Assembly: GCA_001821765.1 (NCBI GenBank)
Contig: MHOA01000006.1
Location: forward strand, 4,389-68,388
Source: Candidatus Ryanbacteria bacterium RIFCSPLOWO2_12_FULL_44_26
GTDB taxonomy: Bacteria; Patescibacteriota; Minisyncoccia; Ryanbacterales; HO2-45-13
DNA: 64,000 nucleotides
Reading direction: 5' to 3'
Shown here: one piece after another, positions 1 to 10,254 of the stretch
How the letters are laid out: every line of letters starts with the position of its first letter
Position numbering within the stretch: the first letter of the stretch is position 1
The notes under the pieces: model-generated
What the model saw: the letters and a program-made list of their open reading frames with translations, nothing else
What the model was told of the DNA's origin: nothing
Databases searched by the model: none
Made by a program: the position numbers and the translations under genes

Positions 1-798
1 GGACGCGTGGCCCAAAAGCGCTTGTACCGACCGCAGATCCGCGCCGTTTATGAGCAGATCCGTTGCAAAAAGATGACGAAGCGTGTGAGGAGTCACTTTT
101 TTCGCGATGCCAGCTTTTACCGCGTAACGACCAATCAGCCGCTGTATCTGGCGGACTGTCAAGCGGCCGGGTTTTTTTTGCGTTCCCGCAAATAATGCTT
201 CCTCGGTGTCAGTCCTATGTTTTAGATATTCTTTAAGCGCTTCAGCGGCCCGCGGCGAAAGAAAAACCACCCGCACCCGGCCCCCTTTTCCTCGAATGGA
301 AAACTCCCCGCGCTTGAAGTTGATGGAATCACGATTCAGCGCGACGAGTTCCGATATCCGAAGTCCCGTTGAAAAAAGCAGTTCCAAAATGGTGCGGTTC
401 CGAAGCGATCCCAAGGACTGTCCTTGGGGAGCGGTAAGCAATCTTTCTACGTCCTCAATATCCGGAAGGTCAATGTCACGAGAAGGGAGTTTTGCAAGCT
501 CGATTTTCTCCGGCGCGAGCGTTTCAATATCGCGTCTCGCACAATACTTCAGAAAAGTCCTTAGGGCTATAAGATGATAACTTTGCGTCTTTCTTGAAAG
601 CGATTGTCCTTTATCATTAGTTGTACGATTCAGCCAAAGCCGAAACTTCCGCACACGTTCTTCCGTTATGTCTCTTGGCCGTTTGATTTTTGCCTGGTTT
701 AAAAAACGCTCCAAGTAATGCCTGTAGTTCGCAAGAGTGCGCGGCGAGCGACCGCGCTCAATTTCTAAGTATTCTAAAAATACTTTCAGTAACTTCAT
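1..798 (-). CDS. xerC: Site-specific tyrosine recombinase, XerC/XerD family (partial; C-terminus runs off the window start)
   Basis: Minus-strand translation starting at ATG 798: MKLLKVFLEYLEIERGRSPRTLANYRHYLERFL...RNRTILELLFSTGLRISELVALNRDSINF...TPHTLRHLFATDLLINGADLRSVQALLGHAS. Core-binding and catalytic-domain motifs (R...HxLRH) are typical of XerC/D integrases. The ORF stays open to position 1, which is why it is absent from the ORF track. Confidence 0.8.
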   Translation of the reverse strand, partial: MKLLKVFLEYLEIERGRSPRTLANYRHYLERFLNQAKIKRPRDITEERVRKFRLWLNRTTNDKGQSLSRKTQSYHLIALRTFLKYCARRDIETLAPEKIELAKLPSRDIDLPDIEDVERLLTAPQGQSLGSLRNRTILELLFSTGLRISELVALNRDSINFKRGEFSIRGKGGRVRVVFLSPRAAEALKEYLKHRTDTEEALFAGTQKKPGRLTVRQIQRLIGRYAVKAGIAKKVTPHTLRHLFATDLLINGADLRSVQALLGHAS

Positions 799-948
799 AG
801 GGCACGAATACATATGCAAATAACGATAATATGCGAATGATTCCCGGCGGTCCGCAAACTCTCATGCTTGTTTGTATAGTTGTGCTGATTCGTATATTTG
901 CGCATACTTCATCAAGTCGCACAATATTATACTTTCATTGTAGGGCTG

Positions 949-977
949 TTGTAATATGCGTCAAATTATGTTATAGT
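949..977 (+). promoter_or_regulatory. Candidate sigma70-type promoter for rpsO (TTGTAA, 17-nt spacer, TATAGT)
   Basis: Hexamers read directly about 14 nt upstream of the rpsO ATG at 991. Approximate coordinates. Confidence 0.4.
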
Positions 978-990
978 CTAGCTATCGCTT

Positions 991-1257
991 ATGATTCCAA
1001 CAAAAGATAAGCAAAAAATCATCCAGTCCCACCGAAGACACGAGACTGACACCGGCTCTGCCGAAGTGCAGATAGCGGTTCTTTCGGAGGAAATAGACAG
1101 GCTGGCAAAACATCTTAAAAAACACCGCAAAGACAACCATTCCAGGCGTGGCCTTCTTGGCATGGTCGCCAAACGAAGGTCACTCCTTCGGTATTTATTA
1201 AGAGAAGACCCTAAAAAGTACGAATCAACGATAAAGAAACTGGGGCTGAAAAAATAA
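991..1257 (+). CDS. rpsO: 30S ribosomal protein S15
   Basis: 88 aa. HSRRGLLGMVAKRRSLLRYL and an LGL(K/R)K C-terminus are diagnostic of S15. Confidence 0.95.
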   Translation: MIPTKDKQKIIQSHRRHETDTGSAEVQIAVLSEEIDRLAKHLKKHRKDNHSRRGLLGMVAKRRSLLRYLLREDPKKYESTIKKLGLKK

Positions 1258-1772
1258 TGACAACTGTAAAACACAAGGACCAGCGAGTTGCCTTTTTTAT
1301 TGATGCACAGAATATGTATCACTCAGCCCGCAGCCTCTATAACGCCAGGGTCAACTTTAAAGAAGTTTTAAAAAGCGCCGTTGCCGGAAGGAAACTCATC
1401 CGCGCGTTCGGGTACGTGGTTAGAACAAAAACGGGAGAAGAGCGCGCTTTTTTTGACGCGCTGGTCAAGCTTGGCATTGAAACAAGAGTTCGGGACCTTC
1501 AAGAATTCTTGGGGGGCGTGAAAAAAGCAGACTGGGACGTCGGCATTGCAGTGGACGCCATACGCACAGCGGAAATCGTTGATACGATCATTCTTGCTTC
1601 GGGAGACGGGGATTTCATCCCTCTTTTAGAATATATTAAAAATCAGGGACGGCGCGTTGAAGTTATCGCTTTTGGGCGCAGCGCGTCCGGGAAATTAAAA
1701 GAAATGGCCGATGAATTTATTGATCTGGACTCGGCGCCGGAAAAATATCTGCTGAGAAAAGAAAAAAAATAA
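1257..1772 (+). CDS. NYN-domain (LabA-like, PIN-related) predicted RNase
   Basis: 171 aa. FIDAQNMYH ... ILASGDGDFIPLL ... EVIAFG is the NYN/LabA signature. Sits between rpsO and pnp with a 1-nt overlap to rpsO. Confidence 0.7.
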   Translation: MTTVKHKDQRVAFFIDAQNMYHSARSLYNARVNFKEVLKSAVAGRKLIRAFGYVVRTKTGEERAFFDALVKLGIETRVRDLQEFLGGVKKADWDVGIAVDAIRTAEIVDTIILASGDGDFIPLLEYIKNQGRRVEVIAFGRSASGKLKEMADEFIDLDSAPEKYLLRKEKK

Positions 1773-1788
1773 CAACGCGCAACAATGC

Positions 1789-3969
1789 ATGAAAAAAAAA
1801 GTATTTGAAACAATCATTGGGGGTGAAAAGCTGATCGCTGAATTCTCTCCGCTCGCCACGCAAACAAACGGATCGGTGCTTGTACGACACGGCGAAACAG
1901 TGGTGCTCGCAAACACGGTGATGTCAAAAAAACCAAACGAGGACGCGACGTATTTCCCGCTTAAGGTAGATTACGAGGAACGAATGTATGCGGCGGGACG
2001 CATACCGGGATCTCGCTTTTTAAGAAGAGAGGCGCGCCCTTCGGAGGAGGCAATACTTGTTTCTCGGTTTATCGACCGTTCCATAAGACCGTTGTTTGAT
2101 CAACGGATGCGTTATGATATTCAAGTGGTGGTGATGACGCTCTCGGTGGACAAAAAAAATGATCCCGATATGGCCGCAATGTTTGGAGCGACTCTTGCGC
2201 TTGCTGCTTCAGATATTCCGTGGGGGGGGCCGGTGGGAACGGTGCGCGTCGCTAAAAACGGACAAGGGTTTATCATAAACCCCACATATGAAGAGCGCGA
2301 AACCGCTGACTATGAACTTATTGTGTCCGGGAAAGAAAACAAGATCAACATGATAGAAGGAAAATCCAAGGGCGCAACGGAAAGAACAATGCTTGACGGA
2401 ATTGAGCACGCCAGCAGGGAAATCGGCAAACTCGTGGAGTTTCAAAAACACATCGTTTCAGAGATCGGGAAGGAAAAACAGATCCCGCAAATCCATAAAA
2501 TACCAAAAGAACTGGAAAGTCTTTTTACAAAAACGATCACACCGCGCGTTGAAGAAATATTTGCCGAGCCGCGCGATAAAAAAATATTCTACGAGCTTGT
2601 TGAAGATATACGAAGCGAATGGGAAAAGGGGGCTTTAACGGCGTTTCCTGACACACCCAACGATGTCATCTCCGATATGTTTGAAAGTGCGCTGGATAAA
2701 ACAACACACAACACCATACTGCAAAAGCGCAAACGCCCAGATGGACGAGCAACTGATGAAATACGTACGATCTACGCCGAGGCGGGAATACTGCCGCGCA
2801 CGCACGGATCGGGGCTTTTCTTCCGCGGAGATACGCACATCCTCTCTGTGGCAACGCTCGGTTCGCCCTCAGACGAACAGCTGATAGACACTATTGGGGT
2901 GAAAACCAGTAAGCGTTTTATGCATCATTATAACTTTCCACCCTTCTCGGTCGGAGAAATTAAAGCAATGCATGGCCCGGGAAGACGCGAAATAGGCCAC
3001 GGAGTGCTGGCGGAAAAAGCGCTTGAAACCGTTATTCCCTCAAAGGAAAGTTTCCCCTATGCCATTCGTATCGTTTCTGAAACGCTTTCTTCCAACGGCT
3101 CCTCGTCTATGGGTTCGGTTTGCGCCGGATCATTGGCGCTTATGGACGCCGGCATCCCGATATCAGAACCGGTGGCCGGCGTTGCAATGGGGCTTGTAAT
3201 GAACACAAAAGGAGAACATTGTGTTTTAACTGACATCCAAGGGCCGGAAGACCACTATGGAGACATGGATTGTAAAATTGCCGGAACCCGCAATCATGTA
3301 ACAGCGATGCAAATGGACGTAAAGATAGAAGGTGTTGCGATTGAGATTCTTGAAGAAACGTTTATTCAAGCAAAACATGCCCGTGAAACCATTCTCGATG
3401 ATATGCTAAAAGCCCTGCCGGCTCCAAGAGAAACGCTCTCACCGCATGCTCCGCGAATACTCAAGGTGGTTATTAATGTTGATAAGATTGGAGACGTCAT
3501 CGGCCCGGGAGGAAAAACAATCAACAGGATCGTTGAGGAAACCGGGGCGAAAATTGATATTGAGCAAGACGGAACAATATATGTTTTTTCAGAAAAAAAA
3601 GAATCGGCGGAGAAAGCGGCAGAAAAAATACGACAACTGACGCGGGAGTTTTCTGCGGGAGAAGTCTGCGAAGGCAAAGTAACACGCATCTTTCAGTTCG
3701 GAGCAATGGTTGAAATCGGACCCAATAGAGAAGGGCTTGTACATATTTCGGAGCTCGCCCCGTACAGGGTAGAAAAAGTAACCGATATTGTAAACATTGG
3801 CGATGCCGTTACGGTAAAAGTGATCGGGATTGATGAGTTGGGAAGGATCAACCTTTCCATAAAAGCGTTAAACAGCCCGGCCAATAAAAACGAAAACCGT
3901 TTTCACAAGGATAATAAAACTCATGTTGCGGGATCCAGAGAAAAATCAAGACGAGAGTTCTCAAAATAA
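1789..3969 (+). CDS. pnp: Polyribonucleotide nucleotidyltransferase (PNPase)
   Basis: 726 aa with two RNase PH-like domains, a FSVGE motif, and KH (VIGPGGKTINRI) and S1 (GKVTRIFQFGAMVEI) C-terminal domains. Confidence 0.95.
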   Translation: MKKKVFETIIGGEKLIAEFSPLATQTNGSVLVRHGETVVLANTVMSKKPNEDATYFPLKVDYEERMYAAGRIPGSRFLRREARPSEEAILVSRFIDRSIRPLFDQRMRYDIQVVVMTLSVDKKNDPDMAAMFGATLALAASDIPWGGPVGTVRVAKNGQGFIINPTYEERETADYELIVSGKENKINMIEGKSKGATERTMLDGIEHASREIGKLVEFQKHIVSEIGKEKQIPQIHKIPKELESLFTKTITPRVEEIFAEPRDKKIFYELVEDIRSEWEKGALTAFPDTPNDVISDMFESALDKTTHNTILQKRKRPDGRATDEIRTIYAEAGILPRTHGSGLFFRGDTHILSVATLGSPSDEQLIDTIGVKTSKRFMHHYNFPPFSVGEIKAMHGPGRREIGHGVLAEKALETVIPSKESFPYAIRIVSETLSSNGSSSMGSVCAGSLALMDAGIPISEPVAGVAMGLVMNTKGEHCVLTDIQGPEDHYGDMDCKIAGTRNHVTAMQMDVKIEGVAIEILEETFIQAKHARETILDDMLKALPAPRETLSPHAPRILKVVINVDKIGDVIGPGGKTINRIVEETGAKIDIEQDGTIYVFSEKKESAEKAAEKIRQLTREFSAGEVCEGKVTRIFQFGAMVEIGPNREGLVHISELAPYRVEKVTDIVNIGDAVTVKVIGIDELGRINLSIKALNSPANKNENRFHKDNKTHVAGSREKSRREFSK

Positions 3970-4828
3970 ACCAAAAGGTAAAAAAAGACCTCTATCAGTC
4001 CATACATTGAGAACGGACGCAGCGGAACTCCTGCAGAAAAAAGACGTTTCCCTTATAGACATGATTGCGAGGGAGCAAGAGCGCCGGAGCGAAAAAGCCG
4101 AGTTTGCCAAGCCTTATCAACAGGCAAGGGCGGTTTCCAAAACGGTCATCATATATTCGGCAGTTGCGGTGTTGATCATTATTGGTGCGATTGTGTTAAC
4201 GGTTTCCCTCAAACGAGACGACGGAGCGCTGACAGAACCGGACATCCCAAAACCGTTCCTTGTAGTAAATACGCAAACCGTGCTCTCTGCCAGGCAAAAC
4301 GATCCGACAGAAGTAACAGAAAAAATAAATACCCTCAAGAGAGACCGCCTGCCGGTTGGGGAAGTGAGGTATATACCGATAAAAATTGAACAGTTTGGGC
4401 TGGGATCAAGATTTGCAACGGCAGAAGAATTTTTTGAACTGGCCGGACTAAGTCCGCCGCAGCGCTTTATTGAAAGCGCAAGAGGCAGGTGGAATCTTTA
4501 CCTTTATTATGGGCGCAACGATGAAGACGTTGTATTTGTTTTTGAGACCAACGAGCATGCCGGGGCGCTTGCGGGATTGCTTGCATGGGAGCCGCGACTT
4601 CCTTTTGATTTTATCCGTTTTAGCTCGGCAGCGACTTCGCCAACATCATTCTTCTTTCAAGATAAAGTAATAAAGAACATTGATGCCCGCGTTGTATTTT
4701 CGCAGAAAGAAGGGGAAACACATCCCGCGTATGCTATCTTCGCTAATAAATTTGTCATACTGGCCGGCTCCGAAAATGCGCTTGAAAATATATTAAAACG
4801 GTTTATAGCTGGCCCAATCCGCGCCTAG
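3923..4828 (+). CDS. Hypothetical membrane-anchored protein (start uncertain; overlaps pnp 3' end)
   Basis: 301 aa ORF with a single predicted TM (VIIYSAVAVLIIIGAIVLTV). No recognisable domain. Confidence 0.4.
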   Translation: MLRDPEKNQDESSQNKPKGKKRPLSVHTLRTDAAELLQKKDVSLIDMIAREQERRSEKAEFAKPYQQARAVSKTVIIYSAVAVLIIIGAIVLTVSLKRDDGALTEPDIPKPFLVVNTQTVLSARQNDPTEVTEKINTLKRDRLPVGEVRYIPIKIEQFGLGSRFATAEEFFELAGLSPPQRFIESARGRWNLYLYYGRNDEDVVFVFETNEHAGALAGLLAWEPRLPFDFIRFSSAATSPTSFFFQDKVIKNIDARVVFSQKEGETHPAYAIFANKFVILAGSENALENILKRFIAGPIRA

Positions 4829-4913
4829 TATTGACCGAAAAGAACCAAAGCTGCCTTCAAAAAACACATGTTATACAAACACAATACATCACAAGCATGT
4901 CTTGGGGAACTGA

Positions 4914-5288
4914 TTGAGATATAATAATACTATGAAAAACGTTGAGGAATTTAAAAAACAACTCGAAAACGAAAAGCGCGAACTGGAGAAAACGCTGGGT
5001 TCAATAGGACACAAAACGAAGGTCGGCGGAAAAGAAGATTGGGTTCCCTCATACCCCGATCTTAACCCGATGCAATCGGATAAAAGCGAGATGGCGGATG
5101 AAGTTGAGGAATTTGAAAACCGCATCGGCATTGAGGGCAAGCTCGAGGAGCGCTTAGACGACATACATGCGGCCTTAAAACGCATTGAAGACGGAACGTA
5201 CGGGATATGCGAGGAAGGAGGAGAACAAATAGAACCCGAACGGCTCCGAGCAAATCCCGCTGCCCGCACCTGCATTCAGCACGCATAA
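4914..5288 (+). CDS. DksA/TraR-family protein with degenerate zinc finger
   Basis: 124 aa. C-terminus YGICEEGGEQIEPERLRANPAARTCIQHA aligns to the DksA/TraR CxxC-x17-CxxC region but keeps only 2 of 4 Cys. N-terminal coiled-coil-like region. Confidence 0.55.
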   Translation: MRYNNTMKNVEEFKKQLENEKRELEKTLGSIGHKTKVGGKEDWVPSYPDLNPMQSDKSEMADEVEEFENRIGIEGKLEERLDDIHAALKRIEDGTYGICEEGGEQIEPERLRANPAARTCIQHA

Positions 5289-5385
5289 AATTGCTGGTTT
5301 ATCTTTTGTTATGGAGACTTTGCCTTCTACGATCTTGCAAACTACAGATTTTTGACTTTAGACGTTAGATTATTACACTGATGCT

Positions 5386-6927
5386 ATGGCCGTAAGCATA
5401 AAATCAGGGCAGGTGGTTGGCCTTGAAGGGGTGCCTATAGATGTAGAGGTTGATTTATCCCAAGGACTGCACCGATACTCACTGGTGGGGCTTCCGGACA
5501 AAGCTGTTGACGAAGCGCGGGAACGTATTTCTGCAGCTATAAAAAACTCCGGGCTTAGGCCGCCACACAAAAAGAACCAGCGCGTAACGATTAACCTTGC
5601 CCCTGCGGATTTAAGAAAAGAGGGTCCGCTTTTTGATCTTCCCATCGCCTTAGCGTATGTCCTTGCCTCCAAACAAGCTGCTTTTGTTGCGGACAAAAAA
5701 ATGTTTATAGGGGAACTGGCGCTCGACGGAACACTAAGAAGAGCGCGCGGCGTACTCCCCCTTGCCATAGCGGCGGAACGAATGGGAGTAGAGGAGCTTT
5801 TTGTTCCGAAAGGAAACGGAAAAGAAGCGGCGTTTGTATCCAATATACAGGTGGTGGAAGCGACGTGTTTAAGCGACGTGCTAGATCATCTCGAGGGGCG
5901 TGTTGTCATACCACCGCTCCCCCAAACTCGCTTTCAACCGGAATCAAAAATACTGGAATACGGATTTGAAGACATTAAAGGACAGGAGAGCGCCAAACGA
6001 GCGGCAGAAATAGCTGCTGCAGGCGCACACCATATAGCGCTGTCAGGTCCTCCGGGAACCGGGAAAACCTTGCTGGCAAGGGCAATGCCATCAATCCTTC
6101 CTCCCATTTCATTTACAGAAGCGTTAGAGGTAACCGCAATCTATAGCGTTGCCGGCAAAGAGGAAAAGGCGTTGTCATCTGGGGGACTTGTCAACATTCG
6201 CCCCTTTCGCGCGCCGCACCACACCGCTTCCTACGCCGCGCTTGTGGGCGGGGGACACGTTCCGCGGCCGGGAGAGATAACGCTCGCGCACCGCGGCGTG
6301 CTTTTCTTAGATGAATTTCCCGAGTTTGAAAACAGAAGTATTGAGGCGCTTCGCGAGCCGCTGGAAGAGGGGGTTATTTCAATATCGCGCGTCAAAAGCT
6401 CAACCGCGTTTCCCGCAAGAATTCTGCTTGTTGCGGCAATGAACCTGTGTCCCTGCGGAAACAGAGGAACCGGAAAGGACTGTGTTTGCAGTGCCCGACA
6501 TTTAGCGCGGTATGCGAAACGCATCTCCGGCCCCATCATTGACCGCATTGATCTTTGGGCACAGGTGCCGCACCTAGACCACAAAAAACTGGAAAGCGCT
6601 GAAAAAACCGAAACATCCCAAACGGTCCAAAAACGAGTACATAGCGCCCGTATGATCCAGTCAGAACGATTCAGCAAAACCGTCCCAAACACCAATAGCG
6701 AGATCGGGGTGAGAGAAATAAAAACATATTGTCCGCTGTCTTTGCCTTGTAAAACACTGCTTCAAAACGCGGCCAGCAACCTCCAACTCTCCGCGCGTTC
6801 ATACCACCGCATGATAAAGGTCGCTCGCACCATCGCCGATCTTGAAAACTCCGGTGAAATAAAAGAAGCGCATCTTCTTGAAGCGCTCCAATATAGACCC
6901 CGATTGGATGAGTTGGCCTACGGTTAA
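5386..6927 (+). CDS. comM: YifB/ComM-family Mg-chelatase-like AAA+ ATPase
   Basis: 513 aa. N-terminal Lon-like domain (GLEGVPIDVEVDLSQGLHRYSLVGLPD), Walker A GPPGTGKT, C-terminal ChlI-like region. Confidence 0.9.
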   Translation: MAVSIKSGQVVGLEGVPIDVEVDLSQGLHRYSLVGLPDKAVDEARERISAAIKNSGLRPPHKKNQRVTINLAPADLRKEGPLFDLPIALAYVLASKQAAFVADKKMFIGELALDGTLRRARGVLPLAIAAERMGVEELFVPKGNGKEAAFVSNIQVVEATCLSDVLDHLEGRVVIPPLPQTRFQPESKILEYGFEDIKGQESAKRAAEIAAAGAHHIALSGPPGTGKTLLARAMPSILPPISFTEALEVTAIYSVAGKEEKALSSGGLVNIRPFRAPHHTASYAALVGGGHVPRPGEITLAHRGVLFLDEFPEFENRSIEALREPLEEGVISISRVKSSTAFPARILLVAAMNLCPCGNRGTGKDCVCSARHLARYAKRISGPIIDRIDLWAQVPHLDHKKLESAEKTETSQTVQKRVHSARMIQSERFSKTVPNTNSEIGVREIKTYCPLSLPCKTLLQNAASNLQLSARSYHRMIKVARTIADLENSGEIKEAHLLEALQYRPRLDELAYG

Positions 6928-6966
6928 TGCTCCACGCATCCCAACAACAGAATGTTTGACGTTAGA

Positions 6967-8070
6967 CTAAAACGGATTTCTTGCCCCGCGGACCTCAAAA
7001 TGTACATGGCAGCCGGTTGACCTCCCTGATGTCCCAACAGTCCCTATCTGCTGACCTTTCAGCACAAACCATCCGGGCGCCGCATAGACGGACTGCATAT
7101 GGCTATAGACCGTTTGCGTTCCGTTGGGGTGAGCGATCGCCACATATCTTCCGTATCCTCCGTTCCACCCAGAACTCCGTGCGGTAATAACGTTTCCGGA
7201 CGCAGAAGCGTACAGCGGCGCGCCGCACGAGGTTGCAAGGTCAACAGCGTTAAATCCGTGAAGCCCGTATGTCTTTCTGCCCCCGCTAATGGGGCGCATA
7301 AAGTAACCATCAATAAGTGATCCTTCGCTTTCAACCACGTAGTGCGCGCCGGATGCCTGTGGAATCCTTAAATCAACATTCGGGATAATAATATCCTGTC
7401 CTGCTTTAATATCCTCAGCGGAAACAAGCTCGTTAAAAATTAAAATCTCGCTTTCGTCCGCTTCATACTTATTCGCAATTGACCCAATGGTCTCTCCCTC
7501 CTTCACTGTATGCTTGACGCCGGTCACGGGGAGAATGACCAAAACATCTCCCGGACGGATCAAGTCCGCACGTTTTAAGTTGTTTGCCCAAAATATCGTT
7601 CCAATGCTTACATCAAAGGTGTCCGCGATAACAGACAGGTTATCGCCTTCGCGCACCGTATAGGTTGTAATATTAGATGACCGTATCCCGTCCGCATCGG
7701 CAACATTCCCGAGCGGCCCGACAACAGGCAACAGGGCGTTACCCCCGGCATACTGAAGCAACGCTCCCCCGACTCCGGTTGCCAGCTTTTCATTGTTTGC
7801 CGGATCTAAAAAGGGCCCTTGCCCTATATCAGAAAAGGCTGCGGCATAAGAAGCGGTCTTCACCAACGCATCAGAGCGGGAAAAGATGTTTTTTACAAAA
7901 TCACCAAAGCTAAAGGCGCTTGCGAGCGACGGCAACATCAAAAAAAGGACAAACAGCCCCGTAGCACCCACCTTTGTTCTTCCCAGCATCGGACGATCGG
8001 CTCCGTTATTCAGTTTTCGGTTTGTACCAATAGGTAAAATTTCCTCTTTAGTAACCTTTCCTTCGACCAA
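6967..8070 (-). CDS. Secreted LysM-domain M23 family metallopeptidase
   Basis: 367 aa. Two LysM repeats (YTVREGDNLSVIA..., HTVKEGETIGSIA...) and an M23 catalytic region (GYGRYVAIAHPNGTQTVYSHM...GTSGRSTGCHVHFEVR). Confidence 0.85.
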   Translation of the reverse strand: MVEGKVTKEEILPIGTNRKLNNGADRPMLGRTKVGATGLFVLFLMLPSLASAFSFGDFVKNIFSRSDALVKTASYAAAFSDIGQGPFLDPANNEKLATGVGGALLQYAGGNALLPVVGPLGNVADADGIRSSNITTYTVREGDNLSVIADTFDVSIGTIFWANNLKRADLIRPGDVLVILPVTGVKHTVKEGETIGSIANKYEADESEILIFNELVSAEDIKAGQDIIIPNVDLRIPQASGAHYVVESEGSLIDGYFMRPISGGRKTYGLHGFNAVDLATSCGAPLYASASGNVITARSSGWNGGYGRYVAIAHPNGTQTVYSHMQSVYAAPGWFVLKGQQIGTVGTSGRSTGCHVHFEVRGARNPF

Positions 8071-8193
8071 ACCGTCCCTTATAAAGGTATATATGGAACG
8101 GTGGTGTTATCTTTTCAATTCCGGCTACGTCATATATGGTAGCAGAAAACAGGCCGATGTTCAACAAACCTGTGGAGAGTAAAAATCGTTACT

Positions 8194-10164
8194 ATGCAAC
8201 ACTTTTCAGACATCCTTTCTGGCTTAAATGAGCGCCAAAAAGAAGCGGTTCTTACAACCGAGGGCCCGCTGTTGGTGCTGGCTGGCGCCGGATCGGGCAA
8301 AACAAAGGTTATCGCCCACCGCATTGCCCAAATCATTCAAAGGGGCGCCAGCCCTAAGCGCATTCTTGCGATCACCTTCACAAACAAAGCGGCGGAGGAG
8401 ATGAAAATCCGAATTGCCCAACTGCTCCTGGCGGACGGCAAAAGCGGGAGCGCCGCGAGCCGCAAATCTCCATCTCCAGACTCCATGCCGTTTGTGGGAA
8501 CGTTCCACGCGCTCGGGGTTCAAATTCTAAAAAGGCACGGCTCGCGGATGCTTATTCCGCAAAACTTCACCATTCTTGACGAGAGCGACACAAAGCAGGT
8601 ATGCAAAGAACTGGGGGAGGAGCTTGCACTTGACACAGACACATACGATACAGAACGCCTCCGCGCTTCTATATCAAGATTAAAAAACGAACTGATCAGT
8701 GCCGCTGATTTTGCACGCGAAAGCGCTCAAGAAGATGAACGTGCGTATGAAGCTATCCTGTCAAAAATGTACAGCGCCTACGAAGCTCGACTTTTTAAAA
8801 CAGGAAGCCTTGATTTTGATGACCTTTTAATAAAAACGGTGTTTCTTTTAGAAACGCAAAAAGACGTTCTGGGATATTGGCAAAAACAGTGGGACTATAT
8901 TCATATTGACGAATACCAAGACACCAACAAGGCGCAGTATGCTGTATCACTGCTGCTTGCGCGGGAACATAAAAACATTGCGGTTGTCGGGGACATCGAT
9001 CAGGCCATTTATTCGTGGCGCGGGGGAGACACCAGAAACATTTCCTATTTTGAGCGCGACTTTCCCAACGCCCGCGTCATTGCGCTTGAAGACAACTACC
9101 GCTCAACAAAAATAATTCTTGAAGCGGCACATAATGTTATCGTACATAATGCGCAAAGAAAAAACATCACACTTAGAACCAAAAACCCAGACGGCGAACG
9201 CATAACGATAAGAGTCTTGGAAAACGAAAAGAAAGAAGCGGAAACGATTGTACAAGACATCGGCGCTTTACAACAAAGCGGCGTTCCTTTCAGCGACATC
9301 GCTGTGCTTTTTAGAACAAACGCTCAATCGCGCGCGATTGAGGAAGCATTCGTTCAATCAGCCGTCCCGTACAAACTGGTGGCGGGGGTTCGTTTTTATG
9401 AACGAAAAGAAATAAAGGATGTTCTTTCTTATATAAGATATATCGCAAACAAAAAAGATACACTCGCCCTCAAAAGGATCATCAATACGCCCCTAAGAGG
9501 AATAGGGGCGGTGCTTGCGGCAAAGTATGTTGCCCAAAAACCCTTAAAAGACAATGAAAAAGCAAGGATTGGGCAATTTGAGAACATGATAAAAGACATC
9601 AGCGACGTCGCTAAAACAAAAAAAATCCGCGAACTCCTAAAATATGTTATTTTAAGGGCCGGTTTTAAAAAGCACCACTCCAAAACAGACGACGGGAAAG
9701 ACCGCATTAAAAACATTGAAGAACTCATCACTGTTGCAGATAAGTTTGAGGGTCTTACGCCAAAAGAAAGCATGGAAAAATTTTTAGAAGAAGCCGCGCT
9801 TATGAGCGAACAAGACCTCATCGCACAAGGGAGCGAAAAGGTGCACCTCCTCACCGCACACGCGGCGAAGGGGCTTGAATTTAGAGTTGTGATCATTGCC
9901 GGCATGGAAGAAGGTCTTTTCCCTCATGTGCTTTCCCAAGAAGAAGGAAGAACAGAAGAAGAGCGAAGACTTTTTTATGTGGCTCTTACCAGAGCAAAAG
10001 AAAAAGTGGTCATTACCCTTACCACAAGAAGAATGTTGTGGGGAGAGCTGCTGTTTAACGACCCTTCACGATTCTTAAGAGAAATCCCCCAACATCTCAC
10101 CACTATCAACGAATACAAGGAAGCGTTAGAAGAGGAGTCCGGGGAAACGATACATTATTCATGA
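8194..10164 (+). CDS. pcrA: ATP-dependent DNA helicase, UvrD/PcrA/Rep family
   Basis: 656 aa. Walker A GAGSGKTKVIAHR plus UvrD motifs (TFTNKAAEEM, VDEYQDTN, GDIDQAIYSWRGG, LEDNYRST). Confidence 0.9.
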   Translation: MQHFSDILSGLNERQKEAVLTTEGPLLVLAGAGSGKTKVIAHRIAQIIQRGASPKRILAITFTNKAAEEMKIRIAQLLLADGKSGSAASRKSPSPDSMPFVGTFHALGVQILKRHGSRMLIPQNFTILDESDTKQVCKELGEELALDTDTYDTERLRASISRLKNELISAADFARESAQEDERAYEAILSKMYSAYEARLFKTGSLDFDDLLIKTVFLLETQKDVLGYWQKQWDYIHIDEYQDTNKAQYAVSLLLAREHKNIAVVGDIDQAIYSWRGGDTRNISYFERDFPNARVIALEDNYRSTKIILEAAHNVIVHNAQRKNITLRTKNPDGERITIRVLENEKKEAETIVQDIGALQQSGVPFSDIAVLFRTNAQSRAIEEAFVQSAVPYKLVAGVRFYERKEIKDVLSYIRYIANKKDTLALKRIINTPLRGIGAVLAAKYVAQKPLKDNEKARIGQFENMIKDISDVAKTKKIRELLKYVILRAGFKKHHSKTDDGKDRIKNIEELITVADKFEGLTPKESMEKFLEEAALMSEQDLIAQGSEKVHLLTAHAAKGLEFRVVIIAGMEEGLFPHVLSQEEGRTEEERRLFYVALTRAKEKVVITLTTRRMLWGELLFNDPSRFLREIPQHLTTINEYKEALEEESGETIHYS

Positions 10165-10254
10165 CGAAACATTTTCACTTTAATTGCCTATGTTTGTTTG
10201 GTTATTGTTTCTCACTGTTGATTATTTTTTCAGTTTCATGACCAGTCGCCGCTT

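Noticed and set aside
206-577. 123-aa + strand ORF (and 62-aa ORF 7..195)
   Set aside because: Lies antisense to the clearly recognisable XerC/D recombinase coding sequence on the minus strand. Ser/Arg-rich composition typical of shadow ORFs.
5373-5843. 156-aa minus-strand ORF
   Set aside because: Antisense to comM.
5320-6975. Shared short motif TTTGAC...GTTAGA upstream of comM (about 5326) and downstream of comM (about 6956)
   Set aside because: Only a 9-nt core (GACGTTAGA) is shared. Could easily be chance in AT-rich intergenic DNA, so not reported as a regulatory site.
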